Assembly: GCF_000237865.1 (NCBI RefSeq)
Contig: NC_017459.1
Span: 3,000,001 to 3,032,000, forward strand
Reading direction: 5' to 3'
Source: Haloquadratum walsbyi C23
GTDB taxonomy: Archaea > Halobacteriota > Halobacteria > Halobacteriales > Haloferacaceae
Length of the DNA: 32,000 bases
Below the pieces are notes generated by a model, which was not told where the DNA came from, did no database searches, and saw only the letters and a program-made list of their open reading frames with translations. The translations under genes and the position numbers were made by a program. Of this stretch, positions 26,308 through 32,000 are shown piece by piece; position 1 is the stretch's first letter; each line of letters opens with the position of its first letter.

Positions 26308-26717
26308 ACATGCTCCACGACTGTCTCGGATACCACAGTCGTCACACAAAGTGGTTCATGACCAGCCTCAGCAACTGCTGAGAGCCGCTCGGGGTCGTAC
26401 ACAAGCACAGTGATCTGTGGGACATCGAAGTGAGCCCGGACTAGTTGTGCAATGAGGAAGTTCCGCGCATCTGATTGAGTCCCAATGATTACTGATTTTG
26501 CTGTCCCTAGTCCTGATTCGATGAGAAGTTCAATATCCGTTGGACTGCCTTGAATTACAGCGACGGTATCGGAGGTATCAGTCTCATTCACCATTGTAAC
26601 GCTCTGCCCGTCCATCTGTAGCCGTTCGGCTATTGCCACTCCCGTGTGGTTGTCACCTAACACAAAATGAGTTGTTTGTGAATCCCTACACTGAGAATTA
26701 TTGATAAATTGAAACAT
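26304..26717 (-). CDS. TrkA-N (RCK N-terminal, Rossmann-type) domain protein with a degenerate glycine motif
   Basis: 137 aa with the TrkA-N pattern FVLGDNHTGVAIAERLQMDGQSVTMV...GSPTDIELLIESGLGTAKSVIIGTQSDARNFLIAQL. The first motif reads GDNHTG rather than GxGxxG. The gene is translationally coupled to the permease. Confidence 0.75.
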   Translation of the reverse strand: MFQFINNSQCRDSQTTHFVLGDNHTGVAIAERLQMDGQSVTMVNETDTSDTVAVIQGSPTDIELLIESGLGTAKSVIIGTQSDARNFLIAQLVRAHFDVPQITVLVYDPERLSAVAEAGHEPLCVTTVVSETVVEHV

Positions 26718-27343
26718 TTTGGATTACTCACGCTTCTTGATATTGAATTGATTTCACGATTCTGATCCGTGCCTGCTTTCGTGTGACGCAACGATATAAA
26801 TAATCCGTTTCTAAAGACACTTCGTCATTATTATATCTTTTAATTCTTGGTTCGTCAAAATAATCAAATATATGCGACAGGGGTGATGAGCATGTCAATA
26901 CGGCGAAGTGTACCTCAGTATTGAGGACAGACAATGACCTGTGGAGGTAGTATAATCAAATGTTACGATACTGTCTGCGATGATAATATATGTGGACTAT
27001 CATATCATTTAACTGACCTACGCTACTGGAAGTATTGCGAGATGCTCGGTATGACTAACAGCGTACGGAGAGCGACTTCTCAAAAACAATATAAAATAGT
27101 TTCTGCTGGCTGAATTAATTCATATTTATACACTCTCAATGTGATGACGCTGGATGATCTTATTTTTGATGAAATTGGAGCTTTCTTCTTGTGCTTTTGT
27201 AAGTGTATAACAGTCTCAGCTTCGCCTATATCGAAAAGATATATCGACATATGGTTTATACTCAATATCAACACAGTAGTTGAAACTGGCTGTCTCAATG
27301 CGTACGAATCTGATGCTGATTTCCTCGCAAAGAGTTTCCCCGA

Positions 27344-27697
27344 TCAGTCGAGTCCGAGACTCAATTTGAGCGCGTCGTCGATCTCACCCATTGTTGAGTC
27401 TTCGAGATTGCTAGCCACCGAATGTATTCGCTTCTCAACAGAGACAACTCGAATTTAATCAAGCCGCACAGAGGAGTCTTTCTCGAACGGTGAGTCCGAC
27501 GCTTCCATGAGTGCCTCAAAAGGATAGTCCCGGTACGTTCCCGTCACAAGTGCGACGGTTGTGGGATTAGAGTTTCTGTTCCCAATGTTGTTCTGGACCA
27601 CTACCGCAGACCGTGTTTTCCGCATTTCGTGCCCTTCGGCAGGATCGAGTCGAACGATAACGACATCACTGCGCCGAATCTCGGTATCGTTGCTCAT
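27344..27697 (-). pseudogene. mazF: MazF/PemK-family toxin gene interrupted by an in-frame TAA
   Basis: Track ORF 27455..27697 ends ...KDSSVRLD* . The same frame continues IRVVSVEKRIHSVASNLEDSTMGEIDDALKLSLGLD* to TGA 27344-27346. The stop falls where the family's conserved LDQIRTV motif has Gln (CAA->TAA). Confidence 0.8.
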
Positions 27698-27741
27698 TCA
27701 TCAAGTCCCGACCCCGACCACGCCTCGTCCGAAATCCCGCC

Positions 27742-27939
27742 CCACTCATCGACCAAGGCGTTCCGATTGGGACCGTCATCGCGTTCGTCGTCGGTGCAGG
27801 AGTCGGTATTCCGAACCTGATTCTTCTCAACAAACTCTTCGGTCGGAAACTCTTCGTTGTCTACGCCGCGACTGTCGTTATCACCGGGACAATTCTCGGC
27901 TATGGGCTGAACGTTCTCTTCGTCCAATCGTATTCCTAA
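27742..27939 (+). pseudogene. C-terminal remnant of an ArsP/DUF318-type permease
   Basis: Frame-1 reading gives (PL)IDQGVPIGTVIAFVVGAGVGIPNLILLNKLFGRKLFVVYAATVVITGTILGYGLNVLFVQSYS*, stopping at TAA 27937-27939. This fits the last two TM helices of this permease family. There is no start codon and no upstream body. It lies next to arsC. Confidence 0.55.
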
Positions 27940-28060
27940 AACTCAGGAGCTTTCCAATGACTCCAGCAGATAGTCGTTCGGCTATCTGCGTTCCGGCTCG
28001 ACCGACAAAGGGGAGTGTGTGACGATATAAATTCCTTCGATTGCGTGACGGCTCACGTAC

Positions 28061-28504
28061 TCAGAGCTGGGGTTCGACTTCGTCAAAGAGGTCGGTGACG
28101 CGTCGTTCGACCTCGTTGCGGATGCGACCGACCTCAGCAGCCGACTTCCCGTCCGGGTCGTTGAGATTCCAATCGCGGCTTTCTCCAGCCCATCCTGCGG
28201 GACAGACGTCATCGGCTGAACAACCCATCGTGATGACATAGTCGCTCTCCTGGGTTTCCTCGAACGTAATCTCCCGTGGCGTCCGCCCCGAGAGATCGAT
28301 TCCGACTACGCGCATAGCTCGGACGACCTCGTCGTGGACGTGGTCGGCAGGGCGTGTTCCGCCAGTGATGAGTTCGGTTGCGTCCTCGAGTCCTCGCTGT
28401 TCCACTTCTCGCTGTGCGAACGAGTAGACCATCTGCGACCGGCCTGCATTCTGCACGCAGACGAAGGCAATTCTCAGCGTTTCGGATTCTGTGCTCTCAG
28501 TCAT
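28061..28504 (-). CDS. arsC: arsenate reductase, LMW-PTP (thioredoxin-coupled ArsC) type
   Basis: 147 aa with the P-loop CVQNAGRS (CX5R-S), downstream cysteines in GCSADDVCP, and a DP motif (WNLNDP). Confidence 0.85.
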   Translation of the reverse strand: MTESTESETLRIAFVCVQNAGRSQMVYSFAQREVEQRGLEDATELITGGTRPADHVHDEVVRAMRVVGIDLSGRTPREITFEETQESDYVITMGCSADDVCPAGWAGESRDWNLNDPDGKSAAEVGRIRNEVERRVTDLFDEVEPQL

Positions 28505-28701
28505 GTATTACGTAGTTCGCGCGACGCTCCGCCTGTGTCGGCAGATCGTCGAAGAGTTCGATTACCTGCTGTTCGATTTCGGTTCTGATCGCGCGCACCT
28601 GGGTGGGGTCTTACCCAATCACGGACATTTACATACTCATGAACGTCGCCGACGCTTCCGGTCACGAGGAGAGCGGCGAGAACAGTAATTACGACCATCA
28701 A
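28497..28701 (-). pseudogene. truncated, frameshifted remnant of a second LMW-PTP/ArsC-like gene
   Basis: Track ORF 28501..28701 begins MMVVITV...VNVRDW. After a shift at ~28605-28620 the reading is DPTQVRAIRTEIEQQVIELFDDL...HD*. This parallels the arsC C-terminus (YVITM...RDWNLNDP...VGRIRNEVERRVTDLFDEV). The catalytic N-terminal half is absent. The stop overlaps the arsC ATG (ATGACTGA). Confidence 0.45.
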
Positions 28702-28907
28702 GCCCCGACACAGGATGATTTTCGCGAGTGCGCGGCTGCGGGTCGAAGGGGCGAACGGTCGAACACTGATTTGATGTGTGTGCTCATTGTGGAGTCGGTG
28801 CGGTCGGCTCGTCCGCGGTCAGACAGTGAGACTCCCGTCTGAGTTCGTCGACACAATCAATCGCGTTCCTCGCAGGGCGTTCGGGCTCGCTAAAACATCA
28901 TCGCCTA

Positions 28908-29276
28908 TCATTTCGCAGATGACTCCTCGTCGTCCGAGTCCTCATGATCGAATTCGAGTTCGCTTGCTGCCTCTTCCTCGTAGGCTGCGTCTTCTTCGTC
29001 AACGAGCCCGGGCGAATTTCAACGCCGTGCTCATGGAGGATGTCACGCATCGTCCAGCGATCGGCATCAGCAAGTCTCGCAGCATCACCGAGTGAGATCC
29101 GTTCGCGTTCGTGGAGGGGTGACCGCAGCTGCGATTCGCTCGTTTTCGTGGTCCTCGAAATATTCGCGCACGAACTCGCGCAACGCATCGCTCTTGCCTC
29201 CAAACACGCCAGCCTTGACAACACCCTCGATCAGGAAGTCGAGGTCGTCAGGATATGAGACGGTAATTCGTGGCAT
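28908..29276 (-). pseudogene. ribbon-helix-helix plus UPF0175-like (antitoxin-type) gene with two frameshifts
   Basis: Frame A gives MPRITVSYPDDLDFLIEGVVKAGVFGGKSDALREFVREYFEDHENER (RHH-like). Frame B gives LHERERISLGDAARLADADRWTMRDILHEHGVEIRPG (UPF0175-like HTH). Frame C gives LVDEEDAAYEEEAASELEFDHEDSDDEESSAK* (acidic tail, stop 28908-28910). The shifts lie near the GGGG run at 29116-29119 and CCCGGG at 29007-29012. Confidence 0.65.
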
Positions 29277-30042
29277 CTATCTATCTATCCCAGACTACGT
29301 TTTCTACTATTTATGAACTACGTCGGGACCCCACATGCATTGAGATGACCAGCCTCAACTTCCCTATATTCATACTCATAAACTGTATAATGCTATATCA
29401 AATTTCAGTTTATTAGACTCATGCAGTTTCAGAGGGTCGGCTGGCTTTGAGTCGGATTTCTGTCGATCTGCGGTGCGTTTCACTGATCAAGCAATGACGC
29501 TATATCTTAGCAGTTCGCAGGCGCTAAATCTTCGTCATCACGGATCCGGCGTCAACTGGCGAGTAACAGGAGTAGCTCACCTCGAATTTCTATCAAGCAA
29601 GTATGCCTCAACGACGTCTTCGCGAGCAAGTCATGTTTGATTCAACCTATATGCATTTTCAATCTACTACCGCCGACAGAATGGACAGAAGTCGCATTGG
29701 ATGTGAGTCGAAGTTACCACCGACAGATGCAGGTTCAACAGCAATCCCCCCAGTTATCATCGTCCATCCGCTCGATTGTCGCTAGATTCGGCGTCCCATG
29801 GGGAGCTTAGTCGCTGGTGCGGTATGTGTTCGTCGGCTGAGCTTTGGGTTTCTCTAGAAGTGATGAGTAAAGTCGTCAAATATGAGGTCTGAACAGTGTA
29901 TATTCATTCAATTATCGCCATATCAATTCGATTTTTTGCGGACAGCGATATCGAGACTCCGCCTTTGACCCAGTTCTTATATTGGAAATCCTGTCGTATG
30001 CTAAACGAATTATTAAATGGGTTTCAACGACTTTCTATCATA

Positions 30043-30210
30043 ATGAGTGCTGAGGAACGTTCCGAATCCAGTGAATCAATCGCAAATCCAGTTGGTTTGA
30101 TGCAACAACTCTATGACTATTGGATGTCGTTAGAACAGGGTTGGAAAGCTATGTGTCTCTCTACAGTTTTCGTTCTTGCAGTCAGCGCTGGTGCCCTGAT
30201 TCCGTGGTGA
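30043..30210 (+). CDS. possible small membrane protein (55 aa) upstream of and overlapping the YeiH-family gene
   Basis: ATG 30043 gives MSAEERSESSESIANPVGLMQQLYDYWMSLEQGWKAMCLSTVFVLAVSAGALIPW*, an acidic head followed by one TM helix. Its TGA (30208-30210) overlaps GTG 30207 of the next gene. In this interval the competing frame (track ORF 30120..) is Cys/Arg/Trp-rich. Confidence 0.3.
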   Translation: MSAEERSESSESIANPVGLMQQLYDYWMSLEQGWKAMCLSTVFVLAVSAGALIPW

Positions 30211-31211
30211 CGGTGGAAGCACTACGTCGCCTTGCTCCCGGACTGGGGGTTCTTTTTGCACTCGGTCTGCTTGCTCGTGGTATTACTGCAATAATTCCGA
30301 TAGGAAGTCATCTCATCGTTGTTATCGGACTGGGTGTATTCATGGCTAACACACTCGGCATTCCCGATTGGGCAGTTGCTGGAGTCAAGACACACAGCCT
30401 CTGGTTGGAAGTAGGAATTATTTTGATGGGTGTCACGATTGCCTTTCAGCAGGTTGTCGATGCTGGACTACAGGTGCTTTTAATCGTTGGAGTCGCTGTC
30501 TGTGCGACCGTGCTAGTTGTTGAAGTGCTTGCACGTGAATTTTTTGATATCCCTGAGAAAATTGGCTCACTGCTTGCAGCAGGCTCAGGTATCTGTGGTG
30601 TCTCAGCAGTTGCTGCAGTTGCTGGAAGCATCAAGCCTGATCAGCAACAGATCGCGTACGCGGCTGCTACAGTCCTATTATTCGATGCTATTACACTTAT
30701 TATCTATCCGACCGTCGGTCATCTTCTCGGGCTTTCCGATTTTGTCTTCGGCATCTGGGCAGGGACAACAATGTTCAGCACTGGACCGGTCACCGCCGCC
30801 GGATTTGCTTACTCGCGAAACGCGGGTGAATGGGCAGTGCTAGTCAAACTCACCCGGAACGCGTTTATCGGCGTTGTGGTCATCGGTTATGTACTTTACT
30901 ACAGTCGACGCGGATCAACAGACGCAACCGTCGATCATACGTGGCGATACCTCTGGGAGAGTTTCCCGAAGTTCATTATCGGCTTTGTGGTTCTCATGAT
31001 CCTCGGGAGTGCCGGAGTTCTCTCGGACACACAGATCACTGCGCTCGATAACGCGTCGAACTGGTTATTTCTCGTTGCATTCGCCGGGTTAGGACTGAGT
31101 ATCGATATCGGTGAACTCCGCGAATCAGGAATCAAGCCGGTGGGTGTCGTTTCAATTAGCTTGCTTCTAGTGAGCGGTCTCACGCTGAGTGCGCTTCTCT
31201 ATCTCTTTTGA
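30207..31211 (+). CDS. YeiH/UPF0324-family integral membrane protein (putative sulfate-exporter-family transporter)
   Basis: ~334-aa polytopic protein with family-like motifs (GSGICGVSAVAAVAGSI, TMFSTGPVTAAG, VKLTRNAFIGVV). The start is uncertain. GTG 30204, 30207 or 30213 is preferred over track ATG 30120, whose first 28 residues look non-coding. Confidence 0.75.
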   Translation: MTVEALRRLAPGLGVLFALGLLARGITAIIPIGSHLIVVIGLGVFMANTLGIPDWAVAGVKTHSLWLEVGIILMGVTIAFQQVVDAGLQVLLIVGVAVCATVLVVEVLAREFFDIPEKIGSLLAAGSGICGVSAVAAVAGSIKPDQQQIAYAAATVLLFDAITLIIYPTVGHLLGLSDFVFGIWAGTTMFSTGPVTAAGFAYSRNAGEWAVLVKLTRNAFIGVVVIGYVLYYSRRGSTDATVDHTWRYLWESFPKFIIGFVVLMILGSAGVLSDTQITALDNASNWLFLVAFAGLGLSIDIGELRESGIKPVGVVSISLLLVSGLTLSALLYLF

Positions 31212-31862
31212 GCGAAGTCGAAGGCAGGACATAGATGATATTTCTACCAACGGGCAAGGTGAGTGTCTCAACGCTCGTTTCCGAGATAGTTCTTTGACAT
31301 CCTCCTACGTCTGAAGACGCGGGAATTTCAGGTTCACAGACTGTCAAGCTAACACACCGTGTGAATCGAAAAAGCTCGGAGATTCTCCATATGACGGCGC
31401 GTATGCACACACTGTAAACAGCGTGGGATTACGCCTGTTCAACCGATAAATTCGATTGGAACTATCCTTCGGGAGTGATCTGTACATCTCGGTGGCGTTG
31501 CGGGGTCGTTATTTATCTGACAACGTAGCGCTGCTTGGACATCTAAGTCTGCTGGTCGTTGGGCTTCCAGCTGTCGTGCTTAATATTGCGAACCTGTGAG
31601 TGACTGTAGAAGTGACGGTCACGGTATCGATGTATCAATGATAACGAGCTCAATAATAAGAAGACAAAATATCGGTTTTGTTCTTGGTGCTTGAGATATT
31701 TGATATGAACCACCTCATCGTCTCATGGACCGGTGGTAGCCAAGTTGCACGCAGATGATTTCTTTCGCTCACGCTTACAGTCGGTTTTTCGTTTACGCAG
31801 TTCATATGAATGAGGGCGTCAGCAAGTGGTTTCTCTCAGCGTTGCATTGCTGTGAGTTGAGT

Positions 31863-32000
31863 TCAGTTCGTGATTGTGAATGATTCAAATACATCTCCAT
31901 CAACTGTGATGAGCCGACCATTGAGTTCTCCAGTTGGCTGAGGGTCGAATTCCGCGTGTGCTGCACGGTGTCCACGCGGTTGTGCATGGCTCCCAGGATT
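31863..32000 (-). CDS. 3' end of a gene running off the window. The C-terminus resembles YfcE/MJ0936-type metallophosphoesterases.
   Basis: The - strand frame from the window edge reads NPGSHAQPRGHRAAHAEFDPQPTGELNGRLITVDGDVFESFTITN*, stopping at TGA 31863-31865. NPGS..PRG is the typical last motif of that family. Only 45 codons are visible. Confidence 0.4.
   Translation of the reverse strand, partial: NPGSHAQPRGHRAAHAEFDPQPTGELNGRLITVDGDVFESFTITN

Noticed and set aside
25856-26413. 185-aa + strand ORF, with several 60-130-aa + strand ORFs between 24495 and 25795
   Set aside because: All are antisense to the APC permease/USP gene, which has strong family motifs. Their composition is Ser/Thr/Arg/Pro-rich.
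5463-27457. Idea that the in-frame TAG/TAA codons (5463, 7658, 27455) reflect stop-codon recoding (for example pyrrolysine or read-through)
   Set aside because: TAG and TAA are used as ordinary terminators by intact genes in the same window (for example 658..1038 ends in TAG, vapB and ureG end in TAA). No pyl genes are seen. All three cases sit in blocks full of other inactivating lesions. The 7658 case can also be explained by a nearby frameshift alone.
27694-27927. 77-aa acidic ORF overlapping the mazF ATG, a tempting MazE-type antitoxin
   Set aside because: It has no AbrB/RHH-like motif. It lies exactly antisense to a convincing permease C-terminal remnant, which automatically generates Asp/Glu-rich antisense ORFs.
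31494-31607. Short + strand reading VALRGRYLSDNVALLGHLSLLVVGLPAVVLNIANL* resembling a membrane-protein C-terminus
   Set aside because: It has only ~36 codons, lacks a convincing start and shows no recognisable family. It could be a relic, but the evidence is too thin to annotate.
1-32000. Search for tRNA, rRNA or other structured RNA genes, and for island-flanking direct repeats (att sites)
   Set aside because: I recognised no cloverleaf-compatible segment or rRNA-like conserved block by eye. The left island boundary is outside the window, so att repeats cannot be evaluated.

Overview
This looks like a haloarchaeal chromosome segment. The proteins are acidic, one carries a Tat/lipobox signal, and many start and stop codons overlap. 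The moderate-to-low G+C and long AT-rich spacers are reminiscent of Haloquadratum, but that is inference only. The window has three blocks. (i) 1 to ~8640 is a G+C-rich foreign island. It carries a plasmid-type ParA preceded by AACGAA iterons, then a dense run of toxin-antitoxin / abortive-infection-type modules: an AbiEi/AbiEii-like pair, a wHTH-MNT nucleotidyltransferase with a HEPN-like partner, VapBC, an orphan AbiEi-like fragment fused to ParA, a SWIM zinc-finger locus and a double-wHTH regulator. Most of these are inactivated by 1-nt frameshifts, truncation or nonsense codons. (ii) 8751-23335 is a self-contained urea-utilisation supercluster. It holds a urtABCDE-type ABC importer (- strand), nikR, a divergent CbiM/PDGLE/CbiQ/CbiO nickel transporter, and the urease genes in the order ureB-ureC-ureA-ureG-ureD-ureE-ureF. 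(iii) 24130-32000 holds a TrkA-N protein translationally coupled to an APC permease fused to two USP domains. It also holds a second small G+C-rich islet (27344-29276) of wrecked genes: mazF with a TAA nonsense codon, an ArsP-type permease remnant, an intact arsC, an arsC-like remnant, and an RHH-UPF0175 gene with two frameshifts. A YeiH/UPF0324 membrane protein and the 3' end of a metallophosphoesterase-like gene follow. I recognised no rRNA, tRNA or CRISPR array. All homology statements come from reading motifs by eye, not from database searches.
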